A stretch of 64,000 nt of DNA from Paludibacteraceae bacterium (GCA_016938015.1 JAFGVL010000072.1:1904-65903), one strand, 5' to 3'; positions 8,930-19,239 are shown, counted from the stretch's first letter. Numbers and translations: made by a program. The notes: generated by a model from the sequence alone, not told the origin.

Positions 8930-11900
8930 TTATTCAGGTTTGTTTTTATTTCTTGGCATTGGGGTTGCTTGGTTTGTTACTTTTGTGGTATCGGTTTTTT
9001 TAGCATTTTTGTTGAAGTAATAGCGGATAACATCCGAAAATTTATTAAAATCTTCTCGATACATAAGACCTAAACCTTGTGTTGTTTTGGCTGTACCCGA
9101 AGCGTTTACAAAAAAATTGTCGGCCGAGTGAGTATATGCTTTGGCTCTAAATTTACCCGATCTATTCAATTTGTATTCAATATCCACATCGCCAATAAAG
9201 TTGGTGGTGGTTGTGTTTATCATATCATCTCTATAGCCTAAATTGCTGTTTATTATTAGTCGGTTGTTAGGTTGATAATTGATACCGATTTTATATTCGC
9301 CACCGTTCGAAAAATCTTGTCCGTTACCCATTCTGGCATCTAACCCTACGTTCACTTTTTCGTTAATTTTTGATAGCCAGTTGTTTAGCTGACCCGAAAC
9401 AGTTGTAGTTAAAACCGAAACCATTTCGGTACCGAGCCCTGTACGTTCAGTTTGCAAATAGTCAGGTTTATAAAAACGGTTCATAACCAACAAGGCAAGT
9501 ATTTCACGGTTCATCATTTCATCTGTATTAACTACGTATTTAATTTTACGTTGCAATTCAGGGTCGGAGGGGAGCTCAAGGTCGAACTTGATGGTTGGTT
9601 GCATTAAATCTCCGGTTAAATTCAGCAAACAGTTTACAGGAGTACTAGTTCTGGAAACACCTTCAAGTTCTGTTTCGTCTAAAATATCTAATAATGAAAC
9701 TGAGGGAACCGTGTAAGTAGCATTTAAATCGATAATTGCTTCATAAGGGTTGCCTGCCCAACGAATTGTACCGCCCCTTTTGATGGTAAAATTCTTTCTT
9801 ACCACTTGTTGAAGTGTGAAAATATAGTCTCCTCTTTCTACTTCATAATTACCATACAGTTTTATGTCGCCGTTATTGGTGTAATCAATTTTCAAATCGC
9901 CATTTCCTTCGGCTCTTACCATATCGCCTCCAACAGGATCGGTTATAAGTTTAATTTCGGCATCGGGAGTTGCTTCTAACTGTAAATAAACATGTATGTT
10001 GGTTTTACCTGAAGTAGGGGCGTTTATAGCAGATTGATTAGTTTTATAAGTTGTATTGTTGCTTTTTATACTTGGTTTTGAAATGAACTGAATAAATGAA
10101 TTTTCTGTGGCAATAGCAGAGGTTACCATTGGGATAACTACTTTAGTATTAGGTTCTGTTTTCATGTTGATGTTAAAATTAACTTGACTATAATTTCCGG
10201 TAACACGAATAGTACCTGTGCCGTATGCTTTGCCGTAAAAATCTTCATTATTTTTTGATGTTGTGTTCATTGCCAACACATTGTTGCATTTTATATCAAA
10301 ACGATAACGCATATCTTTAAAGTGTTTGTGCGATAACCTCCCGGTTAAAACACCCCAATTGTTTTCAGAATCGTAGAGTTTAATCTTATCAAAACGAATT
10401 TCTTCTTTACGTACTTTAATAGTATCAGTAAAGTGATAGGCTGTTTTCAGAAAGTCTACGTTAAACCGTCCGTTTTTTACAAAAATATCTCCGGCTAACT
10501 GAAAGCGTTTTAAACCTCCATAAATATGTAGCTTTCCTGAACCTTCACCTGATACATTTTGTAGGGCATTGTTTAAATAGTACCGTAGAAAATCAATACC
10601 TAGTTTGTTTATGTCGGCATAAAATTCTAGTGAGTCTTTTTTGGGGAAGTATTCGCCGGCAATATCAAATGCTTTATTGTTGTTACTCATGCAAAAACCC
10701 TTAGCTTCAAGTTTTTTATCCTGTTCGTTCCATTTGCTTTTTAGAGTTACATCGCCCCAAAGTGCGTTGTTAAACTTAAAATCTTTGGCAAACACATCCA
10801 ATTGCAACAACATTTTGTTAAATACATTTTGCACTAAAGCATTGCCGGTTACTAGTCCTTCTATTTTGGGTGATTTTACCTTTGCCAAATTTAAAATATA
10901 GTTCAATTCAATTTCTTGCAACTTTACAAATAAACTGTCGGTTGGCAATGATGAGGCTATGCCGTTAATTTGTATAAATTGTTGTTGGTGATCAAGTATA
11001 AAATTAGAGATGGTTAACGATTTAAAATCTGTTTTTACAGTACTTGCATGTATATTCCATAACGAATCTTTGATCCAAATTTGAGAGGGTTGAATGGCAA
11101 TATCTGCTTGTAGTTTTTCCGCTTCATTTTTGCTGAAAATGCTTGTTGCTTTAAATTCTCCCGAAAAAACGGAAGGGTTTCTCCAATCTACATTTAGGGC
11201 AATAGAGTCGTTTATTATTTCAGAATGTAGGTGTAAGTGCATGTTGTTATTGAGTACTGTAGAGCTGATAAGTTGTATTGCTCCAAGTTCGTTATTACAT
11301 AATAAGTTAAGGTCTTTGTAGCTGTTTTTTCCTTTTTGAAGCGATGGGATAAGAATTTCTAATCTGAATTTGTTGGATTGATTGTTGTAAAAGCCACTAA
11401 TAAGAGTTTTTGGTGATAGTTTTAAGTTTACATTCAATAGGTCTGCAATTTCATCTACATTAATATCTGTAAAGTAGAATACAAAATTGTTTGGCGATAG
11501 CTTTTTTGTTTTCTTTGATTTTTTCTTTTCTTGCAAAGAAGGCAAATAATTAGCTATCATTGTGGTAAGGCTTTTTCCTAAGCTAAAAAAAGAGTAGTAG
11601 CCTTTAACAGTTCCTTTTATTAAATCGGAGTTTATTTTTAAAACATTTATGCTATCGTAAATGGTAGAGCTTATGTGCATTTTTTTACTGAAGAGTTCTT
11701 TTTCTTTTGTATAAAGATAAAAGCTGTCTATCAATATTTCGGTATCTGTTTCTTCAATTTTACTGCCTGTAAAGCTTGTGTTAATATTTAAAGCCAGTGT
11801 TAAATCGTTGTGTTTTTTTGTGATGTTGGTTTTTTCCAGATTAAGTTTTTTTACCTGCATTTTAAATTTTCCCGAAGGCAACCTTTCAGAAAAATCAATT

Positions 11901-13459
11901 TTACCGTTGAAATCAAATTGCGCATTTTCATCATTCAAACTTACTATTCCATCAAACACTTTTTTGTTAAAATCGCCTTTTAGATCTATGTTTTTGTAAT
12001 TGTAGTTTTTAAAAATGAGCGATGAAACAGTACCTTCTAATGAGCCTTTGATATTTCCTTTTGGTTGAATAGAGCCTTCGGATGAAATATTAAAATCGAT
12101 ATTGCCTACACCCGATTGTTCACCAAATAATGAGCCTATTTTAAGCTCTTTTGTTTGCACAGACCCTCTGTAATTAATTCCGGTAAAGTTGTTGTGAACA
12201 CCCATTAATAAGTCTGTGGAAATGTTTCCAATAGCGGTTTTAATGGTTCCAAAAACTACTAAATCGCTAAAAAAACCCGAAATGTTTCCTTTGTACTGAA
12301 TGATACCAAGTTTCGACATCTCATCCGGAAGTTGTATCGGTCTACCCAGTACATTTGACATTAAATCTTGCAGTTTATTTTTATCTGTTTTGATACTTCT
12401 AATTTTTGTGTAGATATAGGTTTCTCCAATTTTTGGTAAACCTATCAAATTTATATCTCCACGTAAGCTGATGTCGTTGTTGTAGGATAGTGCTAAATTT
12501 TTGATTTTCATATCTCCTAAACAACCCTTGAACTGTGTTGATAAATATATTTTACCTCGGGTTCGTTCAAATAATGGCGAAAAAGCTTTTAAATCTCTGA
12601 AGGCAATTTCAGACGGTTTAATCATAAAATTTAGTTGTATTTTTTCTGCTTCTTTTTGTAAGTTTTTTAGATGCCCGTAATTGATAATAACCGGACTAAA
12701 GTCTACAAATGAATGGGGTAGTTTAAGTTGTAAGTTTTCTATGCGTGCTCTTGTTTTGTTGGCTGTAATAGAAGCTTTAAAATCGGATAAGGTAATACCT
12801 GACTTTTCGGAAAAACTTAAGCTCTTAATATCGCACGAAAGGTAGTTGTTGGTTAGCTTGTGTAGATTGAAAGTGCCATTTAAACCGGATACTTGCAGAT
12901 AATTTTTATCAAACCCGTTATTTTTAGGTCTGGCAGTTAAGTTCGAATACCTAAATCGGGCATTTGTAATTGTAATGTTTTGCAGTTGGTAAGTTACTTT
13001 CGATTCAGTTTTGTTTGTTTTAAAATAATTAAAAATATGGGAGGCGTTTAGTACTTTTTTTTTGTCGAGCACTAAATTTATACTGCTGTTTTTTAGTTCA
13101 ATGTAATTGCAAATAATTTTGTTTTGGAGTAAATCGAGCGGTTTAAATCCCATTTTGAGGGTTTCTGCGTAAAGCAAAGTATCTCCTTTTAAATCTTCAA
13201 GATAGACTTCTTGTAGTAAAACTTTATTAAAAAGAGCGTAATCAACTGAACCAATTTGTACCTTTGAACCGAATTTTTCGGAAAAGTAATTGGCGGCAGT
13301 AGTAACAAGATAATGTTGCACCCTACTGCTTCTCAATATGGTGATAGCAGTTCCACAAAGTAAAAGTAACAATGCTACAACTACGAATACTATTTTTACT
13401 GTTTTTTTAATACCTTTGAACTTTAATTTTTTTGTAAACAAAAATAAATACATTGCCAC
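8930..13459 (-). CDS. tamB: Translocation and assembly module protein TamB (DUF490 family)
   Basis: 1509 aa with a single N-terminal membrane anchor (VKIVFVVVALLLLLCGTAITIL), a very long beta-rich body and a TamB-like C-terminal region (GNYEVERGDYIFTLQ...FTIKRGGTIRWAGNPYEAIIDLNATY). It is divergent from tsaD. Confidence 0.85.
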   Translation of the reverse strand: MAMYLFLFTKKLKFKGIKKTVKIVFVVVALLLLLCGTAITILRSSRVQHYLVTTAANYFSEKFGSKVQIGSVDYALFNKVLLQEVYLEDLKGDTLLYAETLKMGFKPLDLLQNKIICNYIELKNSSINLVLDKKKVLNASHIFNYFKTNKTESKVTYQLQNITITNARFRYSNLTARPKNNGFDKNYLQVSGLNGTFNLHKLTNNYLSCDIKSLSFSEKSGITLSDFKASITANKTRARIENLQLKLPHSFVDFSPVIINYGHLKNLQKEAEKIQLNFMIKPSEIAFRDLKAFSPLFERTRGKIYLSTQFKGCLGDMKIKNLALSYNNDISLRGDINLIGLPKIGETYIYTKIRSIKTDKNKLQDLMSNVLGRPIQLPDEMSKLGIIQYKGNISGFFSDLVVFGTIKTAIGNISTDLLMGVHNNFTGINYRGSVQTKELKIGSLFGEQSGVGNIDFNISSEGSIQPKGNIKGSLEGTVSSLIFKNYNYKNIDLKGDFNKKVFDGIVSLNDENAQFDFNGKIDFSERLPSGKFKMQVKKLNLEKTNITKKHNDLTLALNINTSFTGSKIEETDTEILIDSFYLYTKEKELFSKKMHISSTIYDSINVLKINSDLIKGTVKGYYSFFSLGKSLTTMIANYLPSLQEKKKSKKTKKLSPNNFVFYFTDINVDEIADLLNVNLKLSPKTLISGFYNNQSNKFRLEILIPSLQKGKNSYKDLNLLCNNELGAIQLISSTVLNNNMHLHLHSEIINDSIALNVDWRNPSVFSGEFKATSIFSKNEAEKLQADIAIQPSQIWIKDSLWNIHASTVKTDFKSLTISNFILDHQQQFIQINGIASSLPTDSLFVKLQEIELNYILNLAKVKSPKIEGLVTGNALVQNVFNKMLLQLDVFAKDFKFNNALWGDVTLKSKWNEQDKKLEAKGFCMSNNNKAFDIAGEYFPKKDSLEFYADINKLGIDFLRYYLNNALQNVSGEGSGKLHIYGGLKRFQLAGDIFVKNGRFNVDFLKTAYHFTDTIKVRKEEIRFDKIKLYDSENNWGVLTGRLSHKHFKDMRYRFDIKCNNVLAMNTTSKNNEDFYGKAYGTGTIRVTGNYSQVNFNINMKTEPNTKVVIPMVTSAIATENSFIQFISKPSIKSNNTTYKTNQSAINAPTSGKTNIHVYLQLEATPDAEIKLITDPVGGDMVRAEGNGDLKIDYTNNGDIKLYGNYEVERGDYIFTLQQVVRKNFTIKRGGTIRWAGNPYEAIIDLNATYTVPSVSLLDILDETELEGVSRTSTPVNCLLNLTGDLMQPTIKFDLELPSDPELQRKIKYVVNTDEMMNREILALLVMNRFYKPDYLQTERTGLGTEMVSVLTTTVSGQLNNWLSKINEKVNVGLDARMGNGQDFSNGGEYKIGINYQPNNRLIINSNLGYRDDMINTTTTNFIGDVDIEYKLNRSGKFRAKAYTHSADNFFVNASGTAKTTQGLGLMYREDFNKFSDVIRYYFNKNAKKTDTTKVTNQATPMPRNKNKPE

Positions 13460-13601
13460 ATAAACAGCCCTTTAAGCATACAAAAATAAATAAAGAAATC
13501 GGCTTTTATGCGGTATCAGGTATAATTTTAAGGAATTATAGTTTTTTGGCCGAAAAATAAGTGGCGTTTGATATCTAATTATTTCTTTTTGCTGTTGTTT
13601 T

Positions 13602-14627
13602 ATGGATAAAAAAACATATATTTTAGGGATAGAGTCTTCGTGCGATGATACCTCTGCTGCTGTTTGTTGCAATCAAATCGTATTGTCTAATGTGGTTGCC
13701 AGTCAGGATGTACACAAAAAATACGGAGGAGTGGTGCCCGAACTTGCATCCAGAGCCCATCAGCAAAACATTATTCCGGTAGTACAACAAGCTCTTCAAC
13801 AAGCGGGTATTGCTAAAGAACAATTGCATGCTGTTGCTTTTACACGTGGGCCGGGGCTTATGGGTTCTTTGTTGGTAGGTACTTCTTTTGCAAAAGCATT
13901 GGCTTTATCGCTTAATATACCGCTTATTGATGTAAATCATTTGCAAGCACATGTGTTGGCCAATTTTATTCAGGAGCCCATGCTTGAAAACAAACAACCC
14001 TCGTTTCCTTTTTTGTGTATGTTAGTTTCCGGCGGAAATTCACAGTTGATAGTGGTTCACAGTGCATATTCAATGCAAATAATTGGAAAAACAATTGACG
14101 ATGCCGCAGGCGAAGCTTTTGATAAATGTGCAAAGATTATGGATTTGCCCTATCCGGGTGGTCCACACATTGATAAATTGGCAAAAGAAGGAAACCCTAA
14201 AGCCTTTAAACTAAGTAAAGCAACAATGGATGGGTACGATTATAGTTTTAGCGGGTTAAAAACGTCATTTTTATACTTGCTACGTGATGAGCAGAAAAAA
14301 AATATTCGTTTTATTGAAGAAAATAAAGCCGATTTATGTGCGTCTTTGCAACAAGCAATTATAGATACCTTAATGCTAAAGTTTGAAAAAGCAGTTGCTA
14401 CTTATTCGGTTAATGATATTGCACTTGCAGGAGGCGTTTCGGCAAACTCCGGATTAAGAAACGCTTTTACCGATTTCGGACTTAAACACAAAAAACAATT
14501 ATTTATACCCAAACTTTCTTATACTATGGATAATGCCGCAATGATTGCTGTTGCAGGCTATTTTAAATATTTGAAAAAAGATTTTTGTGCCATTGATTTA
14601 CCCCCTTTTGCCAGAGTAAGTATTTAA
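13602..14627 (+). CDS. tsaD: tRNA N6-adenosine threonylcarbamoyltransferase TsaD (Kae1/Gcp)
   Basis: ILGIESSCDDTSAAV, GGVVPELASRAH and VSGGNSQL are classic TsaD motifs. Length is 341 aa. Confidence 0.95.
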   Translation: MDKKTYILGIESSCDDTSAAVCCNQIVLSNVVASQDVHKKYGGVVPELASRAHQQNIIPVVQQALQQAGIAKEQLHAVAFTRGPGLMGSLLVGTSFAKALALSLNIPLIDVNHLQAHVLANFIQEPMLENKQPSFPFLCMLVSGGNSQLIVVHSAYSMQIIGKTIDDAAGEAFDKCAKIMDLPYPGGPHIDKLAKEGNPKAFKLSKATMDGYDYSFSGLKTSFLYLLRDEQKKNIRFIEENKADLCASLQQAIIDTLMLKFEKAVATYSVNDIALAGGVSANSGLRNAFTDFGLKHKKQLFIPKLSYTMDNAAMIAVAGYFKYLKKDFCAIDLPPFARVSI

Positions 14628-15214
14628 TGATGAAAGAAAGATTACAAAAAATATGGCGTGAATTAGGTTCCCTGCAAGGCATATTTATCTTTATGCTTAT
14701 TTTACTTATTTCCAATTTTGTATGGAAACAAACTATTAGTGGCGATGAGGGGAATAATCAAGTACTTCTGTTTGGCACTTTTGATATTTCGGCTCCATTT
14801 AATTACATGGTGATACACATTACAAAAGTGGTAAAAATGCTGTTAACCATTTTGGGATACCCTGTTCACAGCCATTTTGTAAATGATATTTGCTTTGTTA
14901 ACCATCGTCATGTAATTGTTGTTTGGGGATGCACGGCTATAAAACAATCGTTTATTTTTTTATGTATCATGACTTTTACGCAAGGGCCATGGAAACCAAA
15001 ATTGTGGTTTGTGCCTCTCGGCTTATTATTGGTGTATTTATTTAATTTGTTGCGTATTTTTATTATTTCGTTAATTGTGCAAAGCCATCCCGAGTACTTT
15101 TATCTGTTTCATGAAATACTTTTAAAATATTTATTCTACGGGCTCATATTTTTATATTGGATGCTGTGGGAAGAAAAATTTAATAGAAAAGTAAACAATC
15201 AATTAAGTGTATAG
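14627..15214 (+). CDS. Exosortase/archaeosortase-family membrane protein (XrtF-like size)
   Basis: 195 aa and polytopic. LTILGYPVHSHF...VIVVWGCTAIKQSFIFL places a Cys (C102) inside a TM helix, and NLLRIF supplies an Arg (R143) 41 residues later. That is the spacing I recall for archaeosortase ArtA C173/R214. His154/His162 follow. The start overlaps the tsaD stop (TAATG). Confidence 0.55.
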   Translation: MMKERLQKIWRELGSLQGIFIFMLILLISNFVWKQTISGDEGNNQVLLFGTFDISAPFNYMVIHITKVVKMLLTILGYPVHSHFVNDICFVNHRHVIVVWGCTAIKQSFIFLCIMTFTQGPWKPKLWFVPLGLLLVYLFNLLRIFIISLIVQSHPEYFYLFHEILLKYLFYGLIFLYWMLWEEKFNRKVNNQLSV

Positions 15215-15235
15215 TTTAACAAACGAAAAATTGTT

Positions 15236-15970
15236 ATGAATCTTTGCATAGATCAAGGAAATACCTATTTAAAAGCAGCATTATTCGAAAACGACAACTT
15301 GCTGAAAAGTATTACTTTAGATGCAAATAATGCAACTGTTTGGGCTGAATTATTTGCTGAAAACAATATATCAAATACAATTATATCCAGTGTTAAAGCA
15401 ATTGATTCGGATTTCACTGAATTATTAAAAAATAAATCTTCTTTATTTGTTGAATTAAATCATCAAACTCTTATACCGGTAAATAATTGCTATAAAACTC
15501 CCGAAACTCTTGGTAAAGATAGGTTAGCTGCAGTTATTGGAGCAGTTAGTCTGTACCCTAATCATCCTATTTTGGTTGTTGATGCAGGAACTGCTCTAAC
15601 CTTCGATTTTATTACCGAAAAGGGCGATTATTTAGGAGGTGCAATTTCTCCGGGTTTGGATATGCGTTTTAAAGCATTACATACCTTTACCGATAAGTTG
15701 CCGTTGGTAAAAAATACGCAATCAAGTTTAATTGGTAATACTACAGAACTAGCTATTGCATCGGGGGTTGTAAATGGTATGCTTTATGAAATTGAAGGAA
15801 CAATTACCCAATTAAAAGCAAAGTATCCTACTCTTTTGATATTTTTAACAGGAGGTAACTGTTTTTTCTTTGAAAGCAAGTTAAAAAAACCCATCTTTGC
15901 AAATCAAAATTTAGTTTTAATAGGCTTAAACAGCATAATTAATTATAATGCAAAAAACAATAAAAAATAG
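15236..15970 (+). CDS. coaX: Type III pantothenate kinase
   Basis: MNLCIDQGNTYLK, GKDRLAA and VVDAGTALTFD motifs. Length is 244 aa. Confidence 0.9.
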   Translation: MNLCIDQGNTYLKAALFENDNLLKSITLDANNATVWAELFAENNISNTIISSVKAIDSDFTELLKNKSSLFVELNHQTLIPVNNCYKTPETLGKDRLAAVIGAVSLYPNHPILVVDAGTALTFDFITEKGDYLGGAISPGLDMRFKALHTFTDKLPLVKNTQSSLIGNTTELAIASGVVNGMLYEIEGTITQLKAKYPTLLIFLTGGNCFFFESKLKKPIFANQNLVLIGLNSIINYNAKNNKK

Positions 15971-17201
15971 TTGGATAGTAATATTGGTGCTTTTTAGCTC
16001 TTTTACTCAAGCTCAAAATAACACAAACTCTCCGTATTCACGCTTCGGATACGGTGAAATTGCCGATAATACTAGTGGTAAAAGTAAAGCTATGGGAGGC
16101 ACTTTTATCGGTGTTCGTTCAAATAATTGTATCAATGCAGCAAATCCTGCTTCATATACCGGTATTGATAGCCTTACTTTTATGTTCGAGTTTGGTGCAG
16201 TTGCCAAACAATCTCGTTTTAGTAATACCTCCGGCAGAATGGATACCTTAAGTGCTAATATTGAGTATATTACACTCCAATTTCCTATAAAAAGATGGTT
16301 GGCTGCCAGTGCCGGTCTTTTGCCGTATTCCTTTGTAGGGTATAATTTTTCGCAAAATGATTCTATTTCGCGTCCAACATTAAGTGGAACCGAACAAGTT
16401 GTTTATGAAAAAACATTTTTAGGTTCGGGTAGTATCAACCAAGTATATTTGGGTCTTTCTGCAAAAATTGGAAAACACATTGCTGTTGGGGTAAATACCT
16501 CGTATATGTTTGGAAGTATTGAAAATAAACAACAGCTAAACTTTCTTAGCCCCTCTGACTATTGGGATACAGATAAAATATCGAAGTTAACTGTAAGAGA
16601 TATTAACTTCCGCTATGCCCTTCAATATTTCACCAATGTATCTAAAAAAGCACAACTTACTGCCGGTGTAATTGTTGAAAATAAATCTAATCTTGCAGGA
16701 AATTACAGTGTGGAAATTTCTGATGTGGATACAATTTCTTCCGCTAATAACTCAACTTTTCAGACGCCTTTTGTTTTAGGCTTGGGCTTATCGTACGATG
16801 TGAAAAATAAGCTTGCTCTTGCAGCCGATTTTTTATACCATGATTGGTCGGATGTTAACTATTTCGGAGTGAAAGATACATTAATGGACAAAATGAAATT
16901 TTCTGTGGGTGCAGAGTATTTGCCTTCCATAAATTCGAAGAGTTATATTAAAAGAATTACCTATCGCTTGGGAGGATATGTTACAAATGATTATTTGTCG
17001 ATAAATAAAAATGTACTGAATTATGGCATAACTTTTGGATTAGCATTACCAACAAAGGCCAACAAATCTGTATTTAATTTAGGTTTTGAATATGGCAAAG
17101 TAGGCTCAACTTTAAATAACCAAATTAGAGAAGATTATTTTAAGATATCGTTGAATACCACTTTTAGTGAAATGTGGTTCTTTAAAAGAAGATTTGAATA
17201 A
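15948..17201 (+). CDS. Putative outer-membrane beta-barrel protein (porin-like), function unknown
   Basis: Signal peptide MQKTIKNSWIVILVLFSSFTQAQ. It has alternating hydrophobic beta-strand patterns throughout (ITYRLGGYVTNDY, YGITFGLALP, VFNLGFEYGKVG). It overlaps the coaX 3' end by 23 nt. Confidence 0.5.
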   Translation: MQKTIKNSWIVILVLFSSFTQAQNNTNSPYSRFGYGEIADNTSGKSKAMGGTFIGVRSNNCINAANPASYTGIDSLTFMFEFGAVAKQSRFSNTSGRMDTLSANIEYITLQFPIKRWLAASAGLLPYSFVGYNFSQNDSISRPTLSGTEQVVYEKTFLGSGSINQVYLGLSAKIGKHIAVGVNTSYMFGSIENKQQLNFLSPSDYWDTDKISKLTVRDINFRYALQYFTNVSKKAQLTAGVIVENKSNLAGNYSVEISDVDTISSANNSTFQTPFVLGLGLSYDVKNKLALAADFLYHDWSDVNYFGVKDTLMDKMKFSVGAEYLPSINSKSYIKRITYRLGGYVTNDYLSINKNVLNYGITFGLALPTKANKSVFNLGFEYGKVGSTLNNQIREDYFKISLNTTFSEMWFFKRRFE

Positions 17202-17297
17202 TAAAAACCTCCGCTTTTCGTTAATGATGTTTGAAATAAGATAGATTTTAAATGAAATAAGTGGGTTCCTTTTAGCATTAATAAAAATTTTATACTG

Positions 17298-18641
17298 ATG
17301 AAAACAACTTGTAAACTAATTACCTGTATTGCGCTTTTCACTTCATTTAACAGCTTTGCGCAAGATGGAGCACAACCTGCATCGCCTGAGACACTTCAAA
17401 AATGCAAAGAAAATAATAGCGTGTTTTACGAATTTGCCAAAAGCGGAAATTATGCCGATGCCGCTGCTCCTTGGTTAGAATTGTATAACGCATGTCCCGA
17501 ATACTCAAAAAACATTTATAAATACGGTACTCAAATTGTTAACTGGCAAATAGAGCAAGAAAAAGATGCTACAAAAAAAGCAGCATTAATAGATCGTTTA
17601 ATGGGTGTTTACGATAACAGAATGAAATATTTTGGCGATGATGCTTTTTTACCTGCCGATAGAGTTTTAGGACTTAAAGCCATCGATTATTATAACCTAC
17701 CTACACCTAACGATCCCTTAAAAAAACAAGCATATACTTGGATGGAAAAATCAATCAATGCATTAGGTAATAAAGTAGATGCTTCATTTATACAGTATTA
17801 TATACTTATGTCTGCCGAAATCTATAAAAAAGAACCGGCTCATTTAGATAAATTAATACAAGATTATATCAAAACAAACGATATCCTTCTTGCAAATACA
17901 ACCGATAGTACTGCAAAGAACTATAAAAATTATTTGCTTGTAAAACAGGCAAACAACCAAGTTATTGCTCAATCAAAAGCATTAAGTACCGAAACATTAG
18001 ATAATATTTATGCCAAAGGTGTAGAAGAAAACAAATCAAACTTGGCGTATTTAAATTCAGTTATTGCTTTGTACAAAGCTGTTAATGGTGTCGAATCTTC
18101 GGTTTATTTCTCGGCTGCAGCCTACGCTCATAAAATTGAACCAACCGAAGAGTCGGCTGTTGGTTGCGCCAATATGGCCAACAAGAATAAAGAATATGCC
18201 AAATGTATTAGTTACTTAGAAGATGCTACCAAACTATCTACTTCAACTATTAATAAGGCATCGTATCAGTTAACTATTGCCAGTATTTATTTTGATAAAT
18301 TGAATAGTTATTCTAAAGCGCGCGAACATGCATACTCTTCATTGGAGTATAACCCAAATCAAGGCGAACCATATATTCTTATAGGAAATATGTATGCAAG
18401 TTCAACCGGTATTTACGGAAACGATGCTGTGCTTGCTAAAACTATTTATTATGTAGCAGTAGATAAATATATTAAAGCAAAACAAGTAGATGCTTCGGTT
18501 GCCGAAAAAGCAAACACATTGATTAATAGATACAGCAGGTATTTCCCTGAAGATAATGACGTTTTTATGCACCCCGATTTAGAAAAAGGAAAATCATTTA
18601 CCGTAGGTGGTTGGATAGGGGAGTCAACTATTGTTAGATAA
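17298..18641 (+). CDS. Secreted helical-repeat (TPR-like) protein
   Basis: Signal peptide MKTTCKLITCIALFTSFNSFAQ, and a TPR-like segment IASIYFDKLNSYSKAREHAYSSLEYNPNQGEPYILIGNMY. Confidence 0.55.
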   Translation: MKTTCKLITCIALFTSFNSFAQDGAQPASPETLQKCKENNSVFYEFAKSGNYADAAAPWLELYNACPEYSKNIYKYGTQIVNWQIEQEKDATKKAALIDRLMGVYDNRMKYFGDDAFLPADRVLGLKAIDYYNLPTPNDPLKKQAYTWMEKSINALGNKVDASFIQYYILMSAEIYKKEPAHLDKLIQDYIKTNDILLANTTDSTAKNYKNYLLVKQANNQVIAQSKALSTETLDNIYAKGVEENKSNLAYLNSVIALYKAVNGVESSVYFSAAAYAHKIEPTEESAVGCANMANKNKEYAKCISYLEDATKLSTSTINKASYQLTIASIYFDKLNSYSKAREHAYSSLEYNPNQGEPYILIGNMYASSTGIYGNDAVLAKTIYYVAVDKYIKAKQVDASVAEKANTLINRYSRYFPEDNDVFMHPDLEKGKSFTVGGWIGESTIVR

Positions 18642-19236
18642 TTTAATTGTTTTGATACATAAGCAATTGTATAGAGTAAATCATTATAGCATAACAACTG
18701 TTCTTTGTTCAGTTGTTATGTTGTTTTTAGTTGTGGCCTGTGCCGACGATAAACTGGAAATTACTCAAACTCAAAATGCCCGAGAAAATCTCCCCAGTTT
18801 AACGGCCTCAAACATTACAACCATCATTTCCGATTCCGGAATAACTCGTTATCGTATATCTACTTCCGAGTGGAAAATCTTTGATAAAGCAGCTGAGCCA
18901 TATTGGCTTTTTCCTAAAGGCATTACAATGGAACGGTTTAATCAAACTTACAAGGTTGATGCGCAAATGAAATCTGATAAGGCTGTGTTTTATAGCGAAA
19001 AATCACTTTGGGAGTTTACCGGTAATGTTAAAGCTAAAAATCTTAACGGGGAGCAATTTGAAACCGATCAATTGTTTTGGGATGAAAATAATCAACGGAT
19101 TTACTCTGACAAGAAAATAAAAATTACCCAGCAATTTAAAGTAATTTCAGGCGTTGGTTTTGAGTCAAACTCAGAGTTAACCCGTTACACCATAAAAAAT
19201 CCGCAAGGCATTATACCTGTCGACGAAGCCCCTTAG
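18631..19236 (+). CDS. lptC: LPS export periplasmic protein LptC; start uncertain (18631 or ATG 18718)
   Basis: LptC-like core SDKAVFYSEKSLWEFTGNVKAKNLNGEQFETDQLFWDENNQRIYSDKKIKI. The alternative start at 18718 gives MLFLVVACADD, a lipoprotein-like signal. Confidence 0.65.
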   Translation: MLDNLIVLIHKQLYRVNHYSITTVLCSVVMLFLVVACADDKLEITQTQNARENLPSLTASNITTIISDSGITRYRISTSEWKIFDKAAEPYWLFPKGITMERFNQTYKVDAQMKSDKAVFYSEKSLWEFTGNVKAKNLNGEQFETDQLFWDENNQRIYSDKKIKITQQFKVISGVGFESNSELTRYTIKNPQGIIPVDEAP

Positions 19237-19239
19237 TAA

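Noticed and set aside
10641-11999. Plus-strand ORFs 10641..10901, 11094..11321 and 11778..11999
   Set aside because: They are antisense inside the 1509-aa tamB ORF. They are low-complexity shadow frames.
13472-13829. Small ORFs 13472..13672 and 13623..13829 (minus strand)
   Set aside because: They lie in the tamB/tsaD divergent promoter region or antisense to the tsaD 5' end. They have no features of real genes.
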